The position numbers and the translations under genes are program-made. This document shows, piece after piece, positions 19,540 through 28,977 of a stretch of DNA of 64,000 bases (within the stretch, counting starts at the first letter, position 1; every line of letters starts with the position of its first letter). Location: positions 3,776,001 through 3,840,000 of the forward strand of contig OZ245006.1 in the NCBI GenBank assembly GCA_965223545.1, read 5' to 3'. This stretch comes from Planctomycetota bacterium (lineage in GTDB: Bacteria > Planctomycetota > UBA1135 > UBA2386). The notes under the pieces were generated by a model. That model was not told the origin of the DNA and made no database searches. It saw only the letters and a list, made by a program, of their open reading frames with translations.

Positions 19540-22128
19540 CTATCGACCGCGCGCCGACAATGCCGCGTCGGCGCGCGGATCCTCGGGGCATGCCGCACGC
19601 CAATGCGCTGCAACCTGCCGTGCGAGCTCCGGTGACTCGAGATGCTGCGCGGCTTGTAGCAGGATCTCGTGCTCGTAGCCGGTGGTCGACCACGCCAGCA
19701 ACCGCTCGACGGTCGAGCGGTACCCATCGCGCACGCCTTCGCCATCGGCGTCCTCATCGAACTGCCGGCCACGAATGGTGAGCAGCAAACCCAAGACCCA
19801 CCGCTGCGAGAACACCGACGGGCGCTCGAGCGCAGCCTCGAGGTCCTCGATCCCGGCACGCTCATCGCCGAGTCCTGCCGCCAGCGCCCCGCGCAGCACG
19901 AGCAGGAGTGGGTCGGTCAGGTGCTCCAGCGCTTCGGAGCAAACCTGGCGCAGCTTCTCGCGACCCCGAGCACTCAAGATCGCCATCGGCACCGCGCGGA
20001 TCAGGGGCACGTAATGCCGGGCGATCACCGGCGGCAGCGGGAATGCCGTGGTCGCGCCGGCGCCGTCCGTGCGGTTCGCGGTCTTGCGCTGGTTCAGCAT
20101 CGCGACGAGAGGGCCCGCGATTCGCAAAGTCCGCCGCACCAGAGAGCCCACGCCTGACTCGCGTTCGACCGCCCATGGCCCGTGGAAGACCGAGATCAAC
20201 TCGCCGAGCCCCGCCACCGCCGACAACAAGTCCACTGCGCGCTCTTCATCCGCGGCGCGCGCCTGTTCGATCAGGATCCGCACGCGGGCTTCGTCTCCGC
20301 GCAGGCAGCTGACAAAACCGGCGTAGCCCATCGCGGTCGGGTCCTCCGGATACAACGCGCGCAGGGTCACGGAGAAGTCGGCCGCTTCCGCCAACCGCCC
20401 CTGACCGATCAGGGCGATGGCGAACGCGCCATTCGCCCGCCGATGAGTGGGCTCATGGCGGCGTGCGCGTTCGAGGTGGTCGACCAGCTCGTCCAAATGC
20501 TCCGCCAGCATGGCCTCGGCGTATGCCTCGTCCGCGGGCGTGAGCCCCAACTCGATTGCCTCGCGCACCTGCGCGAGCTTGGTGTCGGGATCGACGAGCC
20601 GATTGACATCGAGGTCCGCGTCGAGCAACAGCAACTTGGCGCGATGCTCCGGCGGGACTCCTTCGGCTCGCAGCTGCCTGAGCTCGGCGATCGCCTCGCT
20701 GCCGCGCAGGGCGCCGTCGAGCGCTTCGACCCTGGCCAACCGGCAGGCGATCGGATCGTAGCCCGATTCGGAGGCCCCCTCGTAGCTGCCGATCGCCTCC
20801 TCCCAACGCCCCCGCTGGGCGAACAGCCGCGCGGTGAGGAAGGTCGCCTGCGCCCGCGCCGCGAGCGTCTGTTGTTGCTCTTCCGCCAACCGCTCCCGCG
20901 CGGAGCGCTCCACGATGGCAATCGCCGTCGGCCCCCCGGTGAGCAAGATCAAACCCAGCGCCGCCAACGCGCTCGCCTGCCGGTGGCGCGCCACGAACAT
21001 CGCGGCACGCACCGGAGCCGGCGGCGGCGTCAGAATGCTCGGTCGCCCAGCCAAGAAGGCACGCAGCTCCTCCGCGATCTCCGCGACCCGCGGCCGGGCC
21101 TTCGGATTCTTGCGCAGCGCCGCGCGGCACAACCCATCCAGCGCTGCCGGCACGCGCGGATCCCGGCTGCGCGCAGGCGGCGCGTCGGAGCTCAAGACTG
21201 CTTGGCGTAGTGCGCGCGAGCTGCTCGCCCGGAACGGCACTCTCCGCACCAGCGCCTGATACAGCGTCACGCCGAGCCCGTAGCTGTCGGTCGCGGCTCC
21301 GACGGCACCGACCGCACCATCGATCTGCTCGGGCGCCATGTACAACGGCGAGCCCGCCCCGAAGCCGCCGTCGTCGACGTCGCCACCGAGCGCGCGCGCC
21401 AAGCCGAAGTCCAGCAGATGAGGAGCGCCGCTGTCGTCGACGAGAATGTTCCCCGGTTTGATGTCGCAATGGATCACGCCGCGACCGTGCGCGTGATCCG
21501 TCGCATCCGCGACGGCGGCCACGATGCGCGCCACGCAGCGGAAGTAGCCGGCCGGATCGGAATGGCCCGGTGGCCCGGGATCGGTAGCGAACGCGCGCGG
21601 TGACAGCGGCGCGGTCGGGCTCGGCAAGACGGACTCGAGCACCTTCGCCAGCGACCGCCCTTCGATCACGTCCATCACCAGGTAGGGCTCGCCGTCGTCG
21701 GTCGTCCGCGCCCCGTGCACCGTGACGATCGCCGGGTGGCGGAGGCGACCAATCAGTTTCGCCTCGGCGAGAAAGCGCGCCTTGGCGTCGCCGCGCAATG
21801 CGACTCGCGGCGCCAGCACCTTGATGGCGACTTCGCGCCCGAGCGAGGCCTCGTATGCGCGGTAGACCCAACCCATACCGCCGTGCCCCAGCACCTCGCG
21901 AACCTCGAAGCCACCGATGCTCGCGGGCAACGGCGGCACAGGCGGCGCTGTCTCGGTTCGCGACTGCAGCAAGCCCTCCGTGTCGCTCACCCACTCACTC
22001 TCGACCGCGTCGATGTAGTCGCGCAGGTCGGGCCGCCGCTCGCGCGCTCGGGCGAACGCGTCCGCCCCGCATTCGTCGGCGAGTGCGAGACAGAGATCCT
22101 CTGCTTCTCGTCGTTTTGCGTCAGTCAT
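19540..22128 (-). CDS. Hanks-type Ser/Thr protein kinase with a TM segment and TPR-like C-terminus
   Basis: Motifs LGHGGMGWVY, VAIKVL, HCDIKPGN, DFGLA and GSPLYMAPE; hydrophobic LAALGLILLTGG; ATG 22128 inferred. Confidence 0.92.
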   Translation of the reverse strand: MTDAKRREAEDLCLALADECGADAFARARERRPDLRDYIDAVESEWVSDTEGLLQSRTETAPPVPPLPASIGGFEVREVLGHGGMGWVYRAYEASLGREVAIKVLAPRVALRGDAKARFLAEAKLIGRLRHPAIVTVHGARTTDDGEPYLVMDVIEGRSLAKVLESVLPSPTAPLSPRAFATDPGPPGHSDPAGYFRCVARIVAAVADATDHAHGRGVIHCDIKPGNILVDDSGAPHLLDFGLARALGGDVDDGGFGAGSPLYMAPEQIDGAVGAVGAATDSYGLGVTLYQALVRRVPFRASSSRALRQAVLSSDAPPARSRDPRVPAALDGLCRAALRKNPKARPRVAEIAEELRAFLAGRPSILTPPPAPVRAAMFVARHRQASALAALGLILLTGGPTAIAIVERSARERLAEEQQQTLAARAQATFLTARLFAQRGRWEEAIGSYEGASESGYDPIACRLARVEALDGALRGSEAIAELRQLRAEGVPPEHRAKLLLLDADLDVNRLVDPDTKLAQVREAIELGLTPADEAYAEAMLAEHLDELVDHLERARRHEPTHRRANGAFAIALIGQGRLAEAADFSVTLRALYPEDPTAMGYAGFVSCLRGDEARVRILIEQARAADEERAVDLLSAVAGLGELISVFHGPWAVERESGVGSLVRRTLRIAGPLVAMLNQRKTANRTDGAGATTAFPLPPVIARHYVPLIRAVPMAILSARGREKLRQVCSEALEHLTDPLLLVLRGALAAGLGDERAGIEDLEAALERPSVFSQRWVLGLLLTIRGRQFDEDADGEGVRDGYRSTVERLLAWSTTGYEHEILLQAAQHLESPELARQVAAHWRAACPEDPRADAALSARGR

Positions 22129-22192
22129 GGGATCGCCGCCGGCGCCGGACCGGAGCTTGACCACGGATCTCGGACAACGGGATGATACCGGC

Positions 22193-22900
22193 GTGTCCCC
22201 CAGACCATCCGACCACGGCGAAAGCGAGGCAACCGCCGCGCTGGCGGAGTTGCTCGCCCGCATCCGCGCCGGAGACGCGGAGGCCGAGACCGAGTTCCAC
22301 GGCCGGTTTGCCGCCGGACTCGACCTCGACTTGGCAAAGACCATGCGGGGCGCGACGCCCGTCCAGCGCAGCTATCACGACCAGCTCGTACACGAGACGA
22401 TGCTCACGGCGTTCGACCAGATCCGGGGGGAACACGTCGAGCTGCGCGGCACCATCGAGCTGCGTGCGTGGCTCCGTCGTGTGTTGCGAAACAAGTTTCT
22501 CGACCTCTGTCGGAAGCTGAAGGCGGAACCGCTCGAGCAGGCCCCCGCGGCGTCCGAGTCCTCGACGAGTTGGTTGCACGGCGTGTGGTCCGACTGCACC
22601 GGCATCCTCACCCGGCTCGCACGGCAAGAGGATGGTCGGCTGCTCAGGCAGGCCATTCGCAACCTGCAAGACCGCTCTCGAGAGCTCGTCGAGTTGCGCT
22701 TCTTCTGGGACCACAGCTGGTGGGAGGTCGCCCTGGAACTCGACGCCGGCCGCGTCGACCCGGAAGCGAGTGCCGGGCAGCGGCGAGACCACGCGGAACG
22801 CGTGCGCAAAGAGTTCGAGGGCCCGGTCCTTCGAGAACTCGCCCTGAAGCTTCAACAACAACGCCGCCTCGCCGACGACGCCACTGCGTACGGCCCGTGA
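22193..22900 (+). CDS. ECF-type sigma-70 factor, divergent from the kinase
   Basis: Motifs ELLARIRAGDAEA, LRAWLRRVLRNKFLD and AIRNL...RELVELRFFWDHSWWEVALEL. Start uncertain (GTG 22193 or ATG 22127). Confidence 0.75.
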   Translation: MSPRPSDHGESEATAALAELLARIRAGDAEAETEFHGRFAAGLDLDLAKTMRGATPVQRSYHDQLVHETMLTAFDQIRGEHVELRGTIELRAWLRRVLRNKFLDLCRKLKAEPLEQAPAASESSTSWLHGVWSDCTGILTRLARQEDGRLLRQAIRNLQDRSRELVELRFFWDHSWWEVALELDAGRVDPEASAGQRRDHAERVRKEFEGPVLRELALKLQQQRRLADDATAYGP

Positions 22901-22907
22901 GCGGAGG

Positions 22908-24029
22908 CTACTGGCCGAGCACCATGAGCAGGCCGGGTGAGAACGCCAGCTGGCCCGGAGTCGCCGGATCGATCACGATCGACTGCGCTCCGATGCCGAG
23001 GCCCACCAACAACTGCTCGTTGGGCCAAGGCAGGACGACCTGCTGCGTGGCAGGCGCGGCGGGCAGGTTGACCGTGGCGAAGAGGATCGGATCCGCCAGC
23101 AGCAGCGTGCCGCCGAACGCCGACGCGAAGCTGGCAGCACGGTGGCTGAGTAGCAACACCGCGGTGGCCGGTTGGGTGTAGGCATTGCCCACGTCAATCT
23201 GCGTCACGGCACCGATGCGCGGCTCCGTCGCGGCGGTCAGAGTCGGCACGGTGCCGCCACCGGAAAAGCCCTGGCCATAGTTGCCGGAGTAGGACTGCGT
23301 ATCGCACGGCGAGAACGGCCATGCCGTGCAGACCACCGAAGCGGTGAACCAACCGCGCGCCTGTTGATCCCGCGCACCGACGTAGAGCGTGAAGACGCCG
23401 GTGTGCGGAAAGCTGAACGGCTTCTGCGCCGCGTTGCCGGTGACCGTCGCCACGGAGTTCCCCTGCGCGTCGAGCAGCTCGGCGTAGTGGTACGGCGTGT
23501 AGTTCGGCCACCCGCTGTCCTCACTGCGCAGCGCCAGCTCGGCGCTGGCGCCCGCCGCGCCGTGGATGGTGTAGCACGCGTACTCCGTCGCAGCGCCAAC
23601 GCCGCCCTGCATCTGCCAATCGAAGGCGATCCGGTCGGCGCCAACCGGGTTGTTGAGCCGGTTGACGTAGAAGGCGTACCAGCCAGTCGAGGCGTTGTTG
23701 ATCGCCTTCACCTTCACCGAGTAGAGGCCACTGGTCTGCAGCGTGAAGGTCGCGAGGCCATAACCCGAGACGGTGGCCACGGGACCGGCAGCGTCCGAGA
23801 CATCGATCTGATGGTAGTAGGTGAAGTTCGGCCAACCGCTGTTCTCACTGGCGAACGCCAGGCGCACGACGTCGCCAGCCTGGCCGTTCATCAGGTAACG
23901 CACGACCTGGGTCGCGGACGTGATGGACCCGCTCGTCACGGGACCGCCATAGTCGACCTGTACCTGGGCCTGTGTGGTCGCGACCAGCACCGCAGGTGCG
24001 AAGAAGAAAGAGGCGTACTTGATCGTCAT
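22908..24029 (-). CDS. Secreted protein with two PPC-like beta-sandwich repeats and the shared C-terminal domain
   Basis: Signal peptide; internal duplication SENSGWPNFTYYHQ / SEDSGWPNYTPYHY; ends NYGQG...EPRIG...AQSIVID...FSPGLLMVLGQ. Confidence 0.72.
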   Translation of the reverse strand: MTIKYASFFFAPAVLVATTQAQVQVDYGGPVTSGSITSATQVVRYLMNGQAGDVVRLAFASENSGWPNFTYYHQIDVSDAAGPVATVSGYGLATFTLQTSGLYSVKVKAINNASTGWYAFYVNRLNNPVGADRIAFDWQMQGGVGAATEYACYTIHGAAGASAELALRSEDSGWPNYTPYHYAELLDAQGNSVATVTGNAAQKPFSFPHTGVFTLYVGARDQQARGWFTASVVCTAWPFSPCDTQSYSGNYGQGFSGGGTVPTLTAATEPRIGAVTQIDVGNAYTQPATAVLLLSHRAASFASAFGGTLLLADPILFATVNLPAAPATQQVVLPWPNEQLLVGLGIGAQSIVIDPATPGQLAFSPGLLMVLGQ

Positions 24030-24374
24030 GGGCTCTCGGTCGGGGCAAACCTGTCGATGCACGGGACCTCGTCAAACGCACGAGGCCGCATGTGGAAGCC
24101 GATTCGGGCATCGGCAGGACGCTGGTGAGCTTCCGTCTGAGAGACCAACGAGTGGAGCCGTGGGGTGCGGAAAGCGCGCGGCAAGAAAAAGGCCGGTGCG
24201 CGACTCTCGCCAGCGCGCCATCACCGCGCCACGGGGAGGATGCGTGCGGCGGGCATCGAGGCCAGTGTGTCGGGGGCGTGGTCGCGGCTGCGCGACCCGG
24301 CGTGGCACCTGACCGGCTGGAGGTCAACCATCAGCACTTGGGCGCGTGGCGCGGCGTCTCGCTATACTCCCGCA

Positions 24375-25709
24375 ATGGAGTGCAAGTTGGTCGTGCCGGC
24401 GTGCGTGTGGGGCGCCGTCCTCGCACCTGCAAGCCTGTGCGCGCAAGTGCAACCCAACTGGACCGCTCTGCGCGACACGCCAGCGCAGAGCCGCGGTCAG
24501 GCCGCGATGGCGTACGACGCTGCGCGCGGCAACGTGCTGCTGTTCGGCGGGCGCAGCGATGGCTTCGGCACGTCCCTGCTCGGCGACACTTGGACGTTCG
24601 ACGGCGTCCGCTGGCAGCGGCATCTGGTCAACACCGCGCCGGCCCCGCGCTACGACGCCGCGACCACCTACGACAGCCTGCGGCAGGAGGTACTGCTGTT
24701 CGGTGGGACCGACGACACACGCGTGTTCGCCGACCTGTGGGCTTGGAACGGCAGTCGGTGGCGCCAGCTGCAGACCGGTGCCGCCAGCCCCGGGCCGCGC
24801 GTGCGCGCGGGCCTCGCGTTCGACCCGACGACACAGGCTGCCGTCCTCGCCGGCGGGCTCGGCGACCTGCCGTTCATGAACCCGCTGGGCGACACCTGGA
24901 TCCTGCGCGGCACCCTGTGGCAGCGGCTGCCCGCCGCTCTGCCGGCGGGCGGCGTCGCGCTGGCCTACTTCGGCCGCCGCAGCCGCGTCGTGGCGCTGAC
25001 GTCCGCGGGCGGGGGCTACGAGCTGGGCGTGGCAGGCGCCTGGCAACGCTACCCGGTGCTCGATCGACAGCCGGCGTGGCCATTGGTCGCGGACACGCAG
25101 CGCGGCCTTCTCGTCGTTCCCGCGGCGCGCCCCGAAGTGTTCGACGGCAGCGGCTGGCGCGTCGAGTCGCCGGAGTTTGCGCGCCCCTACGGCGCCGAGA
25201 ACTTCACCTACGACCACGGGCGCGCCGCGCTGGTCGCCTTCGGCGCCTGGAAGAACCGCGGTGAGTTCGCCGAACGCTTCACCTGGGAGTATCGCGTGCC
25301 GCCTGCGCCAGGGCTCGGCGCGGCCTTCCGGCCCTACGGCACCTTGTGCGCGAGCGCGAGCAGCCTCGGACGCGTGCTCATGGGCCGGGCGGGAACGGCG
25401 CCGCGGTTGGGAAGCACCGCCGTGCTCGAAGTGGTGACCGACCGGTTCGGCACGCCGTCGTCGACGGTGGCCCTGGGGCTGGCGCCGACGACGAGCACCT
25501 CACCGGTGCTGGCGCCGGGCTGCTTGGTGCAGGCCGCGCCCGCGCTCGTGGCGGCCGCCGTCGACCGCGGCAGCCACTTCGAGCTGCCGCTGCTCTTGCC
25601 CGGAGTGGCCTCGCTCATCGGCGCGGAGGTCTACGCCCAGGATTTCGGTCCAACCTGTCCTTGGGCTTGCTACGCGTCCAACGGGCTGGTGCTGCAACTC
25701 GGGCGCTGA
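24375..25709 (+). CDS. Secreted Kelch-like beta-propeller protein with the shared C-terminal domain
   Basis: Repeated AYD...VLLFGG...DTW..DG..W units; ends YGTLC...PRLG...YAQ...ASNGLVLQLGR; TATACT lies 6 nt before the ATG. Confidence 0.8.
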   Translation: MECKLVVPACVWGAVLAPASLCAQVQPNWTALRDTPAQSRGQAAMAYDAARGNVLLFGGRSDGFGTSLLGDTWTFDGVRWQRHLVNTAPAPRYDAATTYDSLRQEVLLFGGTDDTRVFADLWAWNGSRWRQLQTGAASPGPRVRAGLAFDPTTQAAVLAGGLGDLPFMNPLGDTWILRGTLWQRLPAALPAGGVALAYFGRRSRVVALTSAGGGYELGVAGAWQRYPVLDRQPAWPLVADTQRGLLVVPAARPEVFDGSGWRVESPEFARPYGAENFTYDHGRAALVAFGAWKNRGEFAERFTWEYRVPPAPGLGAAFRPYGTLCASASSLGRVLMGRAGTAPRLGSTAVLEVVTDRFGTPSSTVALGLAPTTSTSPVLAPGCLVQAAPALVAAAVDRGSHFELPLLLPGVASLIGAEVYAQDFGPTCPWACYASNGLVLQLGR

Positions 25710-25751
25710 GTGGACGCCCCGCCTGTGGGCGGCAAGTCAGACCACTCGACC

Positions 25752-26540
25752 TCAGCCGTCGCGCGGCGCGCGCATCAGCCGCGGCGTGACCAACAGGAGC
25801 GCCCCGCGATCGGCAGCCGAGAACGCCCGCACCACCACGGTGTGTCCCGAGGGTACGACTGCCAGTCGCGGCGTAGTGTCGTCGAGGCCGGTTGCCTCGG
25901 GCGCGGCGAACTCGAGGTCCAGGACGATGCGGTCGGTTCCACCGACGCACATCGGGCGGACCGCCACTTCGACGCCGTCGTCCGGTTGGCCGCGCCGGCG
26001 CTCACCGACGAACAGCGTCGCTTCCTGCCGATCGAGTGCGATGACCTTCGGCAGCTGGCGCACGCGGGACTTGGGGTCCTTGGCCAACAACTCCAGGACC
26101 GCCGTTTTTTGGGTTGGCAACAGCGTGCCGACGCCATCCTTGAGCACCTTGCCATCGACCACGATTCCCTCAGCGTGGAGGTCGGCGTTGGTCGTCGACA
26201 CCAGCTGGACATCGACGAACACTTGCGCGGGCGGCGTGTCGAGCCGCTCGATCAGCCGCGCGACCGTGTCGGCGATCGCCGGTACGTCGCGCACCGAGAC
26301 GACGCGGCGGTCGGCGCGCCACTCGAGCCGCCCGGCAGGAGTGAGGCATCCGCGCGCCGCCGCGATCGCGGCTCGTGCCTGCGCATCGTCGAGGTAGGTG
26401 ATGCAGAGCTCGCGCACCTCCAGCATGTGCCCGGCTTCGACCGAGGCCGCCGCCGGCGAGGCGATCGGAGAGAGCTGTGGGGCCGCTTGCACGGGGGCGA
26501 GGACGCCGAGCGCCATCAACGAGAAGAGCACGTTTTGCAC
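25752..26540 (-). CDS. Short secretin-like protein (N3/NolW-like domain plus reduced secretin core)
   Basis: Signal peptide; VVSVRDVP...LIERLDTPPAQVFVDVQLV matches the secretin N3-core junction; QLPKVIALDRQEATLFVGE; C-terminal LLLVTPRL. Confidence 0.65.
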   Translation of the reverse strand: MQNVLFSLMALGVLAPVQAAPQLSPIASPAAASVEAGHMLEVRELCITYLDDAQARAAIAAARGCLTPAGRLEWRADRRVVSVRDVPAIADTVARLIERLDTPPAQVFVDVQLVSTTNADLHAEGIVVDGKVLKDGVGTLLPTQKTAVLELLAKDPKSRVRQLPKVIALDRQEATLFVGERRRGQPDDGVEVAVRPMCVGGTDRIVLDLEFAAPEATGLDDTTPRLAVVPSGHTVVVRAFSAADRGALLLVTPRLMRAPRDG

Positions 26541-26693
26541 GGAAAGCTCCGGGGGGGTTTGGGGGATGCGACGGTGCGGCGGAACCCGTCGATTCGCGCG
26601 TCGAGTTCTGGCGCCACCGCCGGACGCGGCGGGCACACTGACCATTTCGACGACAGCGGGGTCTCGACTTGAGCCCGGTCACCGCAAGTCGCA

Positions 26694-26910
26694 CTACTTG
26701 CCGGGATCGCGGCGCACGTGGGCGTTGCCGCTGCGTACCCCCTCGGGCAGCTGCCGCGCGCGCTTGTCGTTGAGCTGCTTCTGCAGATACTCGGGAAGGC
26801 ATTGCGCGGCAGAATCTTCTTCGCCCAGCATGAAGCGGACCATGCCCAGCACTAGCCCCGCTTCGCCGGCTCCGAGTGCCAGAGCCTTCTCGAAGTAGGC
26901 CGGGCTCGCC
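26694..26910 (-). pseudogene. Possible C-terminal remnant of a TPR protein
   Basis: AYFEKALALG.GEAGLVLGMVRFMLGEEDSAAQCL resembles a TPR helix pair; no plausible start codon. Confidence 0.3.
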
Positions 26911-26931
26911 CGTTGGCCGGGCCGCACCGAT

Positions 26932-28977
26932 CTACCGGTCGCCCGAGTCGAGCCCGTCCAAGTCGATGTCGATCGGCGGCAGCGCCGCGCGCCGGCGCTC
27001 ACCCTGCCGCAGATAGTGGTCGAACCAGCGCAGCGCGCGCACCGCGTAGTCGTACTGGTAGACGTTGCGGCGGTTGCCGTGGCCCTCACCCGGGTAGCGC
27101 ACGTAGCGTACCGGCGTCTTGGTGGCGAACTTGACCGCCCGGTAGAGCATGAACGGCTGGTTGGGGTGCACGCGAGTATCGGCGTCGCCGCCGGCCAACA
27201 GCAGCGGCGTTCGGCAGTCGGCGGCGTAGGTCGTCGGACTGCGGTCGATCAGGAACCCACGCTGGCGGTGCGGCCAAACCTCGCCCTGGTGCACGTGGTA
27301 GCCCTCGAACGGCGTATCGCTGACGTAGAGCTTGGTCGGCATGTCGGTCACCGGCACGAAGCTCACCGCCGCGGCGAAGTGCTCGCTGTGGCGGGTGGCG
27401 CCCCAAGCGGCCATCAGCCCGCCGTAGCTGCCGCCGCCGATGCCGACGCGCGCGGGATCGACCAGGCCTCGATCGACGAGGTGCCGGACGCCATCCAGGA
27501 GGTCGTCGAACTCCGCGCCGAGCACGTCGCCGTGGTTGGCCTTGGCGAACGCGACGCCGTAGCCGGTGCTGGCCCGATAGTTCTGGTAGAAGGCGAAGTA
27601 GCCGCGCGCCGACAGCATCTGCCCCCAGCGGCCGTAGCTGGTGTTCCAGCCGTCCGAGTAGTGCGACTCGGGGCCGCCGTGCACCACCAGCACGAGGGGG
27701 TAGCGCTCCTTTGGCCGATAGCCGAGCGGATAGAGCAGCACGCCTTCGACCGAGGTTCCGTCGCGGGCTGCGTAGCGCACCACCTCCTGCCGGCCGAGGC
27801 CACGATCGGCGAGCCAGGGATTCGAATCCGTCAGGCGAGCGACCCCTCCGTCGCGCCCCACGCGGCAGAGCTCGTCGGGATGCCGCGCGGTCGACCCCGC
27901 GACAACGTATCCGTCCCCCGACTGGGCAAACGAACGGAACGCGAAGCCCTCGCGCGCGAACACTCGCGCTCGCACGCCATCACGCAGGTCGACGTGTTCG
28001 ATCGCGCTCCGCGCCCCGTGGCTCACTGCCAACAACAACCCACCGGCGCGCAGTGGGTCGTCGCGCACCCATGCCACGTGATGCACCATCGCTTGCAGAT
28101 CCGGGGTGCAGTGCCGCCGCGAGCCATCGCGCACATCGACGACGAACAGGCTGCCGGCGTGCGGATCGGTGCGGTCGACCGCGCCCACGTACGCGAGACG
28201 ATGCCCGTCGGGCTCCCAGGCGAACTGCCCCAGCTTGCCGACCGGATCGGTCAGACTGGTCACCCGCCCGCGGCCCACGTCGACGAGATGCAGAGCGGCG
28301 AACATGTAACCGTCGTCGACGGTGTTGCGCGGCGCGATGCGCGCCGCGATGCGCTCACCGCGACTGTCCCACTCGAAGTCGAACACCGAGCCCACCTGCG
28401 TTAGCCGCCGCAGGGCTCCGCCGGGAGCCAACAGCCACAGCTGGGATTGCACGAAGTCCTCGTCGACGACGACCTGACGGAAGCCGGCATCAACCGCTCG
28501 GGTGCGCTCTCCCGGCACCTCGTCCAGCATGGTCAGCGCCAGCTGGGCGCCGTCCGGGTGCCAGCGGTGGCCGCGCACGGCGCGGGGCACCTGAGTGACC
28601 CGCTCCGGCTCGCCGCCCTCGAGCGGCACCGACCACACCTGCGCGGCGTCTTCGCCGGCGCGCCGGGCGATGAACGTCACGCGCGTTCCACTCGGATGCA
28701 GCTGGACATCGCGAGGCCGCTCGTCGGCACCGAGCAACAACCGCTCCTCGCCAGCGCGCCAGAGGTAGACGCGGGCGCGGGCTGTGCCTGCCGCATCTTG
28801 CAGCGACCGCGGCTCCGACCGGGTGAACACGACCGCGCCATTCCCCGCGGGCAGCACCACGCGCACCGTGCGCAGCGAGACCACGTCGCGAGGCGACAGG
28901 CCCTGTCGCGCATCGTCCTGGGCCGACACGGTGCCGGCGACGAGCACAGCGAGAAGCATCGTCGTGCGCCGGATCAT
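26932..28977 (-). CDS. S9-family (prolyl oligopeptidase/acylaminoacyl) peptidase, secreted
   Basis: Motifs HGGPE, NYRASTGYG, GGSYGG (Ser), DTRV (Asp) and YPGEGHG (His); beta-propeller N-terminus. Confidence 0.93.
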   Translation of the reverse strand: MIRRTTMLLAVLVAGTVSAQDDARQGLSPRDVVSLRTVRVVLPAGNGAVVFTRSEPRSLQDAAGTARARVYLWRAGEERLLLGADERPRDVQLHPSGTRVTFIARRAGEDAAQVWSVPLEGGEPERVTQVPRAVRGHRWHPDGAQLALTMLDEVPGERTRAVDAGFRQVVVDEDFVQSQLWLLAPGGALRRLTQVGSVFDFEWDSRGERIAARIAPRNTVDDGYMFAALHLVDVGRGRVTSLTDPVGKLGQFAWEPDGHRLAYVGAVDRTDPHAGSLFVVDVRDGSRRHCTPDLQAMVHHVAWVRDDPLRAGGLLLAVSHGARSAIEHVDLRDGVRARVFAREGFAFRSFAQSGDGYVVAGSTARHPDELCRVGRDGGVARLTDSNPWLADRGLGRQEVVRYAARDGTSVEGVLLYPLGYRPKERYPLVLVVHGGPESHYSDGWNTSYGRWGQMLSARGYFAFYQNYRASTGYGVAFAKANHGDVLGAEFDDLLDGVRHLVDRGLVDPARVGIGGGSYGGLMAAWGATRHSEHFAAAVSFVPVTDMPTKLYVSDTPFEGYHVHQGEVWPHRQRGFLIDRSPTTYAADCRTPLLLAGGDADTRVHPNQPFMLYRAVKFATKTPVRYVRYPGEGHGNRRNVYQYDYAVRALRWFDHYLRQGERRRAALPPIDIDLDGLDSGDR

